A DNA stretch of 64,000 nt from Eledone cirrhosa (Eukaryota), in NCBI GenBank assembly GCA_964016885.1, contig OZ024746.1:60698001-60762000 (forward strand), given 5' to 3'. The notes beneath the pieces are model-generated. The model saw only the letters and a program-made list of their open reading frames with translations. It ran no database searches and was not told the DNA's origin. A program made the position numbers and the translations under genes. Below are positions 13,434 through 26,389 of the stretch, one piece after another (the first letter of the stretch is position 1; the number at the start of each line of letters is the position of its first letter).

Positions 13434-13649
13434 CAGTGTTTCCCAACCCTTTTAATACTAAATTTGAGCAACAAATTTATATAATCTAATTTTCTAATAA
13501 TATGTTAACAAAAATGAAACAGGAAAAAGAAACAATTTTATTACATATTAAAATTTGAATAAATCCTAAAAAAGAATTAAATTATCATTCATGTATGAAA
13601 TTTATTCTGCAACCCCTGGGGTGCAAGCACACCTGGTTGGGAAACCCTG
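13434..13649. mobile_element. hAT (Charlie-like) MITE
   Basis: TIR CAGTGTTTCCCAACC / GGTTGGGAAACCCTG; TSD-like TTGTAGAA/CTGTAGAG. Confidence 0.75.
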
Positions 13650-13874
13650 CTGTAGAGTACCCAGCTGAATGTATATCAGTCTTTAAGTTTGAAGATAGCA
13701 AGGGAGATAAATGTTTTCCATGGATAAGATGTCAGGCAACATTACCAGGCGACCTGGTACCTATTCAGATGGCCAAGTGAACAATATACAATAAAACATT
13801 GTTTAGAAACTCAATGAAATAGCAGTCAAGTTACAGGATGAGGTTGAGTAAAAATCTGGAAAAATAAGACTCAC

Positions 13875-13964
13875 CTTTGTTGTTTCCGGAATCTGGCAAA
13901 AATAATGTTCCTTTTCTTTCTCATTTTGCCATGGATTCCTAAAATCAAATGGTCTCTCAAAATC
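13875..13964 (-). CDS. DDX55: DDX55 exon 8 (ILRDHLILGIHGKMRKKRNIIFARFRKQQS)
   Basis: IHGKM motif; AG/GT; 90 nt. Confidence 0.95.
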
Positions 13965-14198
13965 CTGTGAAATGAAGTGAATTCTTGGTTGAAAATGGTA
14001 TAAATTATTTTTACTCTAGTTTATCATTTCACAATTATTTAATATTTTTTACACATATCAGAAAAGGAATATAGATATATGACACAGATACACAATAGTG
14101 AAGGCTATTATCATACAAAATGGATTATGTGTAAGAGAGATATGTGTGTATGTTTGGAGAGAGAGAAAATAACTTTATAGCAACTCTTAAAAACTCAC

Positions 14199-14323
14199 CA
14201 TTTTAATGCACTACAAAAATAATCCACAGAAGCACATGTGCTGAAGAAAACCATCACTTTGCTTTTTTTATGTTCTTTAAGGAAATGTATCAGCTGGTTG
14301 AATTTCTCATCACACTTACATAT
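14199..14323 (-). CDS. DDX55: DDX55 exon 7 (ICKCDEKFNQLIHFLKEHKKSKVMVFFSTCASVDYFCSALKW)
   Basis: Motif IV VFF; AG/GT; 125 nt. Confidence 0.96.
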
Positions 14324-14364
14324 CTGCCAAAAGAAGAAAGTCATCTCTGAATAAATAAATAAAC

Positions 14365-14940
14365 ATTCCATAGAAGTGGTTGATAGCTTCTGTTATCTAG
14401 GTGATATAATGAGCAGCAGAGGAGGGTGTGCTGAGAGTATAATAGCTAGAATAAGGATAGGAGGGAAGTTTAGAGAGCTACTTTCACTGTTGACAACAAA
14501 AAGTTTCTTCCTATATACAAAAGGACAACTGTATGATGACTGTGTGAAGTGTGATGCTGTGTGGTGGTGAAATACAGGCAGGGACTGCAGAAGACAAGTG
14601 TAGATTGGAAAGAAATGAAGCAAACATGTTTCATTGAATGTGCAAAGCTTGGACGAGCTGAAGGAGAAACCGGGTTTAAGAGGAATCCAAGGTGGTGTGC
14701 AGGAGAGAAGACTGTGCTGGTATGGACATATGATGTGCATAGAAACGCCAGGAAATCCCAGTGGGAGGAAGCTGCAGTAGAGGAAGACCAAGAAAGACCT
14801 GGGTTGAGGTTGTGAGAACTAACCTCAAATCGCTAATACTGGCAGAGGAGATGATCTAGGAACACGAGTGGAGAGATGCCGTGCTGAGAAGAATCCATGC
14901 AAGCATGGAAAAATGGATGTAAAAATGATGATGATGATCT
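14365..14940 (+). mobile_element. Degenerate RTE LINE 3' fragment
   Basis: VDSFCYLGD...RELLSLL, ending in CCATGCAAGCATGGAAAAATGGATG(GAT)n. Confidence 0.85.
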
Positions 14941-15564
14941 CAATTATATGCAATAAAAAAAAAACCTCATTAATTAACAAGGTATTTAGACCTTAATTGC
15001 TACATGAGAGACATATAATTTCTGAAGAACATCAGTTAGTTCATAAAACCTATCACAGTTATATACTAGTGTTAATTCATCATCATTCAACATCTATTTT
15101 TCTACACTTATATTGGTTAGACAGGTTGTCACTTTATGAGACAAGTCAAGTCAAGAGACCACATCTTTCTCATACAGGTCTGTATTTTTGGCTTAGTTTC
15201 TACAGCTGGATATCTTTCCGAAGGTCAACCACATTATAGTGTGGACTGAAAAGCTGAGTTGAAATCAATAGGATTTGAACATAGAACATAAGGAGTCAGA
15301 ACAAATAGCACAAAGTAGTTTGTCTGTTGCTCTGCTGATTTTGTACAATCCACCACCACTAGAAAACATTATTGTAAGTTGAAATTCCACTAGGGTTGAC
15401 TTTGCCTTTAATCTTCTTTAGTCAGACCTATTACCATTTTGGTAGACTTGCTACCTTTGTGATGTTGTAAATTTACAGTAAACACTTTTATAATACATAA
15501 GCTTTATTAAACAACCTGAGAGAGTGAGAGAGAGAGTGTTAAGATAAAAATACCAATGTTTTAC

Positions 15565-15754
15565 CATGTAAAATATCGTCAGAGTGCTTGGAATCCTTTG
15601 TATCATATGAGCTGAGGTTTGTTTTTCTTTCACTGATATTCTCACTGGATTTCTCATGCCTGCACGGATCAGCTTCTCCACTTCATTTGTCTGTGTTGCA
15701 GAGAAAAGCCCTGTGCGACGCTGCTTTGGTAAATAGCTCAAAATTGTATTTAAA
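15565..15754 (-). CDS. DDX55: DDX55 exon 6 ([44 protein letters not shown]...FYM)
   Basis: [14 protein letters not shown] (motif III SAT), characteristic of DDX55; AG/GT; 190 nt; lies inside ORF 15451..15810. Confidence 0.97.
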
Positions 15755-15939
15755 CTACAAGGTAAAAAATGAAGAAAGAAACAATTTAGAAGGATGCCTA
15801 AGTGAAACAAAACAGATATGGTGATGGCTAAATAGCAAAGTGGTTAGCAGAAGGACAGGTGAGCTAGACATCCAGCTTTTATCTTTGATATGAAAGATAG
15901 CTGACCCAAAGGATAGCAATAACTCAGGTACTATGTTCT

Positions 15940-16295
15940 GATATTAGTTGAAAGTAACATAGGTCCGGACTGGGTGATGTGTTGTTTCCTTGAGCAAGAC
16001 ACTTTATTTCACATTGCTCCAGTTTACTCAGCTGTAGAAATGAGATGATAGGATTGGGGTCCCTATCATTCCACTGCAAAGTGGTCGTCAAGATGCTACG
16101 GCAAAAAAGCACCCAGCACTCACTGTAAATGAGGTTGGTGATAGGAAGGGTATCCAGCTGTAGAAATCAAGCCAAAATCAGTTCCATATGAGCAACACAT
16201 GGTCCCCTGACCTGGCATTGCCCACAACAGGACAACCCGTCTAACCCATGCTAGCGTGGAAGAATGGACGTAAAACGTTGATGATGATTGATGAT
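15940..16295 (+). mobile_element. CORE-type SINE family B with RTE-like 3' tail (related copies or heads near 1-260, 16320, 21540, 24725, 52790, 63514)
   Basis: CORE-like TCCTTGAGCAAGACACTT...CAGTTTACTCAGCTGTAGAAATG and tail CCATGCTAGCGTGGAAGAATGGACG(GAT)n. Confidence 0.8.
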
Positions 16296-17328
16296 GTACT
16301 ACTTCCTCACTACAAGGCCATGTGTGGAGGCACATGGCCTTGTAGTGAGGCTGTTGGACTTACAGTCATAAAATCATGGGTTTGATTCATGGACTGGGTT
16401 GTGTGTTGTGTTCTTGAGCAAAACACTTTATTTCACGTTGATCCAGTATACTCAACTAAAACTGGGCACCAGCAATAACTAGTTGAGGTTTTTGTTTGTT
16501 AGTCAGGAGAGGAGGCAGTGCTTAAGACCATTTCAGGCCCTTCTACACAGGTGATTTGATGTGACAAATACCTAGCTTAACCTATTACCATTTACATTAC
16601 TCTATATTTACTATTATATTTTCACAGTAAACACTTTACCTTACATAATATTGAATCTACGAGATTTTGAGAACAATACCTTAACATCAATATGAGTGGC
16701 CAGTTACGGCCGGTTTGAACAGAAAGAGGTGAGAGAATTCCAGCCGGATATGGCCAGTTCAAATGCTAAAGGGTTAAAAAAAATGTGAGAGTGAACAACA
16801 GTGTAAACTCTGCTGAAGGCCCTCTAATCATGTAGTATTGTTGGACCTAGTGAAAATTATATACAGATGATGATGGTGATTATTGTCATCATCATCACCC
16901 TCATATCATTGCAGTAGCAGGTGACCAAAATCCTCCTTATACAATCCAGCTTTCACAATTAATCGAGATTAATCCCATGGTTGAGTAATTAAGCCTGGCC
17001 ATCAGCAGTATTTAAATCCTATGATAGAATTTGAACTCAGAACACAAAGAGCTGGAAGAAGTAGTGAAATGTATGACATCAGATACTCTAGTAATTCAGC
17101 CAACTCACTGGTCTGGACAGGTTAGTGTTTATCTCTGCAGGAATGAAATTGAGAGCACCACCAGCCAGAACACAACCCTGCAGATTTACTACCTTAAGAC
17201 TTCAACAGGTATGAAAATAAATACTGTGGAGCATCTGCTTAGTACGGCCCTATATTATTTCTATATTATCATTGCCTTCTTCAACAACCACAGAATTAAC
17301 CTACCACATGTAGCTTTTTGGTACTTAC

Positions 17329-17384
17329 CTTGCTTCAAATCCACTTTCCAATAACCGGTCAGCTTCATCCATCACAAAAACCTC
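17329..17384 (-). CDS. DDX55: DDX55 exon 5 (EVFVMDEADRLLESGFEAS)
   Basis: DEAD box; AG/GT; 56 nt. Confidence 0.96.
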
Positions 17385-18015
17385 CTGGTGAAAGTTTCAA
17401 GAGACATAAATGAGAAATTACAATCAACAAAATTTCCTTGTACTCCTCTGTGACCACCATCACACGGCCATAGCAATCACCAGAACCTTCCATAATCAAA
17501 TGAAGGAACTTTTATAGAGTCATTCAATTTACTCAGTGTTCATACCAAATTTCACTTAACAAACACCTTCATTTCTATATATTGATGACCACACACATAT
17601 ATAGACACCCTCTTTTCATATGCTCCATACATACAACATCCACCATACACACACACACATATACTGCACACACCTAACATACACATACTACACACACACA
17701 TGTACCAAGCCAACAAGAGAGCTTCTGCATGGTTGTTTAACCTGCTAGAAATAACAGTTAAATCTCCATCAAACACACCCTAATACCTTAGAAAAGGATA
17801 TAATGTGGTCTGTGTGCATTTGCATTGTATTTAGAAGAAAGAAGAGAGTCACAGCTATGCTTGTAAGCATAGGTCTGTTGAGTCAGAGCTGACCGAGGGT
17901 TAAATAACAACAAAGCCAACATGCATGTATGCCATACACATAAGCAAGTTTATTGGTATTTTTAAAAAATAATTTATAGTTTACAAAAGGAAACAAATCT
18001 GAGCAGTGAACTCAC

Positions 18016-18109
18016 CAAAGACTTGACACAAGATGACAAATTCAAAACTTTTGTTTGCCGATCCAATATGTCTTCCAGACGGCCAGGGGTTGCAACTATT
18101 ATGTGACCT
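18016..18109 (-). CDS. DDX55: DDX55 exon 4 (GHIIVATPGRLEDILDRQTKVLNLSSCVKSL)
   Basis: TPGRL motif; AG/GT; 94 nt, phase matches neighbours. Confidence 0.96.
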
Positions 18110-19482
18110 CTACAAATAAAGTTTTTATAAATACATATTTTAATTTCTGTTTTCTATTATTGTTCCCCTCTTCCCTAACCTAACAAACACTTCTATTCTT
18201 TCTTATCCTATCTTCTCTCTATATCCACACTCATTTCTAACAAAAACTGCCAGCGTATTCTTTGATTAACCTTTTTATTACCAAACCTTTGTCTCTGACT
18301 AAGGCTTTTATGGTTAAATTCATAGTGATCGTTCTTATGACTTTGAGAGCAGTTTAAGTGATGTCTTTGAAGATAATAGAATTGGTGGTGCTATCCATTT
18401 CCTTTCATGCATATTTAGCAAGTTAACAAAGCATTCAGTATTACAACTGCTGCTTTTAACAGTGAACTTATTTTCTTATAGATAGGGCCTCGTTGAACAG
18501 GCCTATAATTAAATATATTTCAGTTATGACTATATAATCCTTTTTTCTCTCCCAAGCATCATGTATTTAATATAATCTTAGATATAATTTTTTTAAGACA
18601 GTAGGCTGTGATTTAATAGAAATTTAACTGCTAATTTAAACAAGTCAAGCAACAACATAAAGACTCCTTTGTAGACTCATCAGTGGTGAAATACTTTCAT
18701 GTGGTACCTATTTACTGCCAGGTAGATTTGGCAGACTAAAGTAATTGGGTGAAGTGTACAGCATGGAGGTGATAATGGAATAAAAAAAATGTCAGCTCTT
18801 TTCCACCTGGAAATAATAGACTTCAATAAACTCATTTATTTGTGATTCTCCTGTTTTTAAATAGTTTAAGTAAAGCAGACTACAATGGTGGTTAAATTAC
18901 TATGTTAGACTAAACAGATTCAAGATAAGACATTATTTGGGTGCAGTCTGCAGATTAAGACTACAAGATATGTATGCTTGGTCCCGTAACTCCTGATAGA
19001 GTCATAGGGGCGCCATATTTCAATACAGCGTTTCTTGGGCATTTTAAGCCTGGTGGAGCCCATCCCTCTCCACTCCTGGGTACAGCAGATTTCTTCCAGA
19101 GAAAGATATAAAGTGAGAAAGAAGAAATGAGAAAGAGATATAGAAGAAGAATTGACCCTAGTACTAGACTGGTACTTTTTTTATCGACCTCGAAAGGATG
19201 AAAGGCAGAGTTGACCTCGGTGGGATTTGAACTCAAGGAACAGAGAGCTGGAACGAATACCATAAAGCATATACTGTACATTCTATGAGCTCTGCCATCA
19301 CTGAGTGGTACATATAATCTAGATAGACTGGAGCACTGAGAATTAAGTATCTTTGTCTGATGAGATGCTGTTGACAGGATACAAACCATTGAACTTTCTT
19401 GCAATAATGTCAACACTCTAATGACTTGATCAGCTGTAACTGGTGACAACAGAAATGAAAATAAGAAAAACATTTTCCTTAC

Positions 19483-19637
19483 CCATGATTCTGAAATGTT
19501 TCAATATTCAACTTAAGACTGGCACCCCCAATCATGCAACAGGAGGTAAATTGGGGTAAATGTTTGAGGAATATCGATATGACCTCCTCAATTTGGATGG
19601 CTAGTTCTCTGGTAGGAGTTAAGATTATTGCAGCAAT
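19483..19637 (-). CDS. DDX55: DDX55 exon 3 (IAAIILTPTRELAIQIEEVISIFLKHLPQFTSCCMIGGASLKLNIETFQNHG)
   Basis: Motif Ia PTRELA and GG doublet; AG/GT; 155 nt. Confidence 0.96.
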
Positions 19638-20439
19638 CTGGATTGAAAAATAAAATGAAATGCAAAAGATTAAATGCGGTGTGTTTGTATATTTTTTTTT
19701 AATTTAAGAAACCTGTGTAGGTATGGTTATGGGGTTAATAAGGTTATTTCACAACCATGTGGTTTTCAGTTTGAACATTCTATGTTGTATATATCCATGG
19801 GCCCTTTATATATAAAGAAGGGAATGGACCTTGGTAGTGAAAACATCATATATATGTGTGTGTGTGCATCTACATGTATATTTGTCTCCATGTGCATCTT
19901 CGTATTTGACATCATTTAAGCCAGCAGTTTGTTTATGTCCAACAGCTTAGAAGTTTAATGACAATTAGTGGTATATACCATATTTAGAAATAAAGTTTGG
20001 GATTAACATCAGGGTATTCAATTGTAGAATGCTGCCTCAAAAAAAAAAGTCTATTCAACCTACACCAAAACAGACAAGAAAACAACGATGATGATATGCA
20101 AACAAAACCATGTAAATAAGAAGTACATACATATTCAAGGTACGTATAAGAGGAAGTCTATCTCCATTTTGGAACTGTGTTAGGCTCCAGCTTAATGATA
20201 CTAGATTATATTATGCTCTTACTGATGGCAATGAACTGTATCCCACAATATCATCTAGTTAACGCTAAATGTACTATCAATTCATCACCATCATTTTATG
20301 TCTGTTGTTCCAGGATTGCATGGGTTGGACGGGTCCTTCTCAGTACAGCATCTCTCCACTTGTCTCATTCCTTTGTCAATTGTTTTTCTTTTTATCTTTT
20401 ATAACCATAAATGTCTTCAAGGGTTGTATTAAAGGTCAG

Positions 20440-21290
20440 TGTTTGATTTGCATTATTGGCAGTTGAGTGTTCATAATTTAGAAGTAGTATCAAAACTGAT
20501 GGGTGTAGGATCAGTTGGCTGGAATTTGTAGATGACATGGTAGTACTTAACTTACCAGAAGGTGATTTACGATATTCACTTTATGGGTTTGCTGCCAAGT
20601 TCTACATGGAAGGAATGAAAACCCGTGCTGTGAAGACTGAGACACTTGTCCTCTCAAGGAAGCCTGCATAGTGCACTCTACATGTGAGTAGACTAAAGCA
20701 GGTGGAGAAGTTCAAGTATCTCGGGGCCATGTTCATGAGTGATGGAAAGCAGGAGGCTGAATTAAGTGCAAGAATTGCAGAAGCTGGTGCAGTAATGTGT
20801 CAGCTTCAGCATTCAGTCATTAGAAGAAGGGAGGTAGGTGTAAAGGCCAAACCCGCTATCTTTAATTCAGTATTCATGCCAACCCTTATCAATGGTCATG
20901 AATCTCGGGTAATGACTGAAAGAATACGATCACAAATACAAGTGGCCAAAATGAGGTTCCTTCGAAGCGTCTTTGGAGTAATGTTACTCAATAGAGTGCA
21001 TAGCTCGGAGATGACAGAATCGCTTGAGGTAGAATGGCTCTGATATAATGGACTTGTGGTTAGAATGTCTCAGGAAAGAATCACTGGATAGATTTTATGG
21101 GCAAAACCTACTGGCAAAAGACTCAAGGGTAGACCCTGAGCAAGATGGTTGAATAACATGCACGAGCTTTGCTGGTCTCGCTTGAGGATCTAGCCGGATA
21201 AGTTGGATACGGTTGCTTCTGACAGGATCAGTTGGAAGGAGTGTTTGAGGATTCTGCAACCCTCCCTGGAATATGTGGGAGAAGAAGAGG
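20440..21290 (+). mobile_element. Second RTE lineage (Rex3/Expander-like) 3' fragment
   Basis: QVEKFKYLG, PTLINGHESRVMTERIRSQIQVAKMRFLR and a GRP..RW-like C-terminus. Confidence 0.85.
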
Positions 21291-21722
21291 CTAAGTGAAA
21301 GATAAACATTCACCTCGATATGATGCTAGTTTATCACAAGCATTATTTTCAGGTGGGAATCCAGCTGTAAAAACAAATGCTCGAACAAACTCTTCCATCA
21401 TATATTGACAGTCGATCAACAAGGTCCCAGACCTCAATCGCTTAACGAGTAGGGTGGAGCTCATCAAATCGGACCGAGGAAACAATGTTTCCATTGGTCT
21501 TTCCAATTTCTAATACTATCTGTCAGTCACAAATCCAGGCAGAAGTAGCAACGTGAAATAAAGTGTCTTGCTCAAGGGCATAACGCATCGCCTGGTCCAG
21601 GAATTGAAATCACAACCTCACGATTGCAAATTAATTTCTCTAACCACTCAGCCATGTGCCATCATATAAATATGTAAATCAAACATTATGTTGACAAAGA
21701 AGACTGGTTATACTGTATTTAC

Positions 21723-21860
21723 CTCATGTTTGTTCCAGGGTTGTTCACGTTTTTGTATTCGTTCAATAATAGGGATAACAAATGCTAAAGTCTTGCCACT
21801 TCCTGTAACAGCCTCAGTCGCCACGTCTTTGTTTTGCAGAAATAATGGAATACATGCAGC
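21723..21860 (-). CDS. DDX55: DDX55 exon 2 ([46 protein letters not shown])
   Basis: Walker A AVTGSGKT, typical of DDX55/Spb4; AG/GT boundaries; 138 nt. Confidence 0.96.
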
Positions 21861-21882
21861 CTAACGATATAAAATAAACAAC

Positions 21883-21919
21883 AAATATCATCAACATTAT
21901 ATATGTCTGTTGTGAGTGC

Positions 21920-21953
<34 letters not shown>

Positions 21954-22205
21954 CATCAACATTATATATGTCTGTTATGAATGTGTGTGTGTGTATGTAT
22001 ATATATCATCAACATTATATGTCTGTTGTGAATGTGTGTGTGTATATATATCATTAACATTATATATATCTGTTGTGAATGTGAATGTGTATGTATGTCA
22101 TCAACATTATATATGTCTGTTGTGAATGTGTGTGTGTATATATATATCATCAACATTATATATGTCTGTTGTGAATGTATATGTGTATGTATGTATATCT
22201 TTATC
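21883..22205. repeat. Compound minisatellite beside the DDX55 exon 2 acceptor
   Basis: Unit ATCATCAACATTATATATGTCTGTTGTGA(TG)n(TA)n, about 6 copies. Confidence 0.9.
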
Positions 22206-22413
22206 ATCACCATTGTTTTCCTTGCTAGCAATATATAAGAAAGGTTTTTCAAAGAGGCCATAGTTAAATAAGATACACAATAAGTAGAGAAGGTACACAA
22301 TACATTTCATATGGAAATGACTTCTAAAGACTGGAACTCTTTCTTGATTTTAAATGAATGAAACAGTTCTAGTACTGTAGAAGTTATTTCTTTATGAAAT
22401 AAATCACATATAT

Positions 22414-24080
22414 ATGTGGCCTTTCTCTGGATACAGTCTAAGGTGTGTGTGTCTTTATGTTAAGTGGCCTTTCTCTGGATACAGTCTAAGATGTCTGTGT
22501 CTTTATGTTAAGTGGCCTTTCTCTGGATACAGTCTAAGATGTCTGTGTCTTTATGTTAAGTGGCCTTTCTCTGGATACAGTCCAAGATGTCTGTATCTTT
22601 ATGTTAAGTGGCCTTTCTCTGGATACAGTCTAAGATGTCTGTATCTTTATGTTAAGAGGCCTTTCTCTGGATACAGTCTAAGATGTCTGTATCTTTATGT
22701 TAAGAGGCCTTTCTCTGGATACAGTCTAAGATGTCTGTATCTTTATGTTAAGAGGCCTTTCTCTGGATACAGTCTAAGATGTCTGTATCTTTATGTTAAG
22801 AGGCCTTTCTCTGGATACAGTCTAAGATGTCTGTATCTTTATGTTAAGAGGCCTTTCTCTGGATACAGTCTAAGATGTCTGTATCTTTATGTTAAGAGGC
22901 CTTTCTCTGGATACAGTCTAAGATGTCTGTATCTTTATGTTAAGAGGCCTTTCTCTGGATACAGTCTAAGATGTCTGTATCTTTATGTTAAGAGGCCTTT
23001 CTCTGGATACAGTCTAAGATGTCTGTATCTTTATGTTAAGTGGCCTTTCTCTGGATACAGTCTAAGATGTCTGTATCTTTATGTGAAGAGACCTTTCTCT
23101 GGATACAGTCTAAGATGTCTGTGTCTTTATGTTAAGAGGCTTGTAGTGACCTACATTCCGCGGGCTCACATACATTCTCTGTGCGTGATTTGGCTCAGTT
23201 CAGCCAATCAGCGCCAGTAGAAGAGGATGTATCCCTACGCGCCCTGAGGAAGAAATTCCCCGCGAAGATTTGAAGAATCTCTCTCTTGTACCAGAAACTT
23301 CGAACCAGCAACACGCATAATGTAACGGTGCGATATTGCACCCTAGCCTCGCTGGCTTTTCGGCGCAATGGCACATTCCCTTTTGTAACCTCTTTTTATC
23401 TGTAACTTCAACCATATAAGTTAACAAACATTGTTTGTGCTACATCAAAAAAAACATACATTTCATCTCTAATTTCTGTTGTTGAAATCATTATTATGTT
23501 ACTCGTGTCTCAATAACATCTGTAATCCATGCTGCCGGAATTGGCGACCTGACGAAAGGAATATTGTAAATACTTAGATGGTAAATAGATCGAGGGACCT
23601 TCCCTCACGTCTATGTCGACAAGATAATCCAACGAGGATACTATCACTTACCACACTGGCAACTAACGACCTTCACTCAACCACCCTGTTAAAGTGGCGA
23701 CCATTCTACCACCCTGCTAAAGGCCTTTCTCTGGATACAGTCTGAGATGTCTGTATCTTTATGTTAAGAGGCCTTTCTCTGGATACAGTCTGAGATGTCT
23801 GTATCTTTATGTTAAGAGGCCTTTCTCTGGATACAGTCTAGGATGTCTGTGTCTTTATGTTAATTGGTCTTTCTCTGGATACAGTCTAGGATGTCTGTGT
23901 CTTTATGTTAATTGGTCTTTCTCTGGATACAGTCTAGGATGTCCGTGTCTTTATGTTAAGAGGCCTTTCTCTGGATACAGCCTAAGATGTCTGTATCTTT
24001 ATGTTAAGAGGCCTTTCTCTGGATACAGTCTAAGATGTCTGTGTCTTTATGTTAAGTGGTCTTTCTCAAAATACAGTCTA
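22414..24080. repeat. 48-bp minisatellite (about 15 + 7.5 units) in DDX55 intron 1
   Basis: Unit AGGCCTTTCTCTGGATACAGTCTAAGATGTCTGTATCTTTATGTTAAG, interrupted at 23142-23720. Confidence 0.97.
23142..23720. mobile_element. Probable solo LTR inserted in the 48-bp minisatellite
   Basis: 579 bp unique CpG-rich insert starting TGTAG and ending GCTAA; flanks AGGCT/AGGCC; CCAAT box. Confidence 0.55.
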
Positions 24081-24269
24081 GAGTGTGTGTCTTTTCGTCA
24101 CTGCAAATTTGTTTGGAATTAGTTTTTTAAATACTCATAGTGACACCAGGATAAACACAGGATGAAATAAGATACACAGGAAAATATGGAAATGGAAGGT
24201 TTGGAAGCGAAAGGATCTTTGTTAAATAAGGCTTTAGAAAGGTTCCACAGGATGCATTTGATGAAAGGA

Positions 24270-24600
24270 GAGACAAATTAGATTCATATGACAGAGGATA
24301 ATTGGAAAAAATTTACAACCTTTTGCAAACTACTGTTGTGGCTGGAGCAAAGTGCCAGTTAGACAGAGGGTGACCTGGTGGTGGAACAGCACAGTGGTTA
24401 GAGTCATTAAAGCCAAGAGACAGGCATGGAAGACTGGATAATGGGGGTAGCAGGTAGCTAAGAGAGAAGCTAGATGATAGATATATATAGCTTGGAAAGA
24501 GGCTGAAGAAAGAAAGTTTGCCAATGTTGTGCAATGTGAGGATCAGAGACATGAGATATTCTGCATTGCAAGGCAGTGTGTCAGTGTGAATCAGGATGTC
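24270..24600 (+). mobile_element. RTE LINE internal fragment
   Basis: Similar to 1260-1590 (AEERKF...EDQRHEIF.IARQCV). Confidence 0.75.
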
Positions 24601-26389
24601 TCCTCTATTTCCATAAACAATTAAATTATTTATTAGACGTTGGATAATTTTACCTTTTCCTCACTGTACAATTATTTCTTATTAGCCTATTAATACTAAC
24701 TTAACACTAATTTAACTATTGTTGGTACACGGCCTAGTGGTAAGGGTAATCATAATGTTGTGGGTTCAATTCCTGGGTTGCGTGTTGTGTTCTTGAGCAA
24801 AACACTTCATTTCATGTTGTTCCAGTATACTCAGCTACAAATGAGTACCAGCATTAGCTGTGGGTTTAATCCTCCTATGGACTGGCGTCCTGTCCAGAAG
24901 TCTTGTACTCTCAGTCGCTTCACGCCATGAAACCGGGATGAGTACAGGCCAAATGAGCCTTCTGGCTTAAGACAGACTTTAACCTATCTTTATATCTGAG
25001 GTTATTTTTTGCCAACATTTTCAACACAGGTTATTCCCCTTTACTTCTATAAATTGTTGGTATGTGATTGCTTAGTCCTAAGTCACTCTTGATCGACCTA
25101 ATCTATAATGAAAGACATTCCAGCTGTGACTATTCGTATCCCATTTTTTCTGATATTATCCAACATGTTCTCTCCCTCTCTCTCTCACACAAACACACTC
25201 TTTTTAAAACGGCAGAGTGTAATTTGAATGATATTTGACTTCTATTTTGAGCAGATCCAGTCACTACGTAGCTCTTCACTAACCCTTTAATGTTCAAACC
25301 GGCCAGAATTCTCTACCTTTTTCTGTTGAAACTGGTCACTCAAACTGATGTTAAGGTATTGTTCTCAAAATAAATACTTTCAAAATCTCATAGATTCGAT
25401 ATTATGTGAGATAATTATGTGAAGTAAAGCCTTTACCATGAAAATATAATAGTATTTATAGAATAATGTGAATGCTAAAGGGCTAATGTGTGTTCTCCGA
25501 AGATGATTGTTTATCTACATATATCACCGAACCATGAAGTGGTGAAAGTCTTCGTTAACAACATACCAAAAACATCCCAATCCAGCAATATCAATAATTA
25601 ATGGTTTCTTATTTAGGCACAAGGCCAACAATTGGGGGGGGGGGGTCGATGAAATTGACCCCAGTGCGTGACTGGTACTTTATTTTATCGACCCCATAAG
25701 GATGAAAGGCAAAGTTAACCTCGGCCGGATTTGAACTCAGATCATAAAGGGCCGTAACTCTATGAGGCAAAGCATGGCGTCCGATGACAACAAAACAAAA
25801 TAAACCAAATTTCACACGCACGGTTCATTTGCAGGTCTGTTAAGCCTAATATGTTGCTATAAAAAGAAAAACACAAAAAAACGTTTGTTGTTTAGAGCCA
25901 TACCTCTAAATTTTTCTGCATTCAAATATTTACTTTTGTTTTGTTCATTTTTTGGGTCGAAATATGATTAAATCTGGGATACTAAACTTATAACAACAGA
26001 CCAAATTGAGGGCATTTTTCGTTTTTGCTTCCCTTTTTTTTTTCTTTCTCTCGCTCTGGCCATGTGTTTTGGTGCTGTTTGTGTGAGGTTTTTTGCGATG
26101 GTTGGTTGTATTTGCTATATGCGTTTATATTTGTTTATTAACATTATATTTGTAATGTCATTCTGAAAGAATTGCGAGCAATTTGTAATGTTAATTATAC
26201 AACTGTGAATAAAATATATAACAATATGATTTATTAGTCACAAATGAATGCGAAACAGACGAAAATATAAACACGTGTTTGACTGACATAATGTTACTGA
26301 TCGTTTGTAATACAATAATAATCACAAGAACAAGAATAAAGCATTTTATGGTACATTTCAAATAAATACTTTCTTATTTATTAATTTAC

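Noticed and set aside
22414-23220. 268-aa repeat ORF, or a CRISPR-like array
   Set aside because: Contiguous 48-bp tandem units without unique spacers; eukaryotic intron; no cas genes
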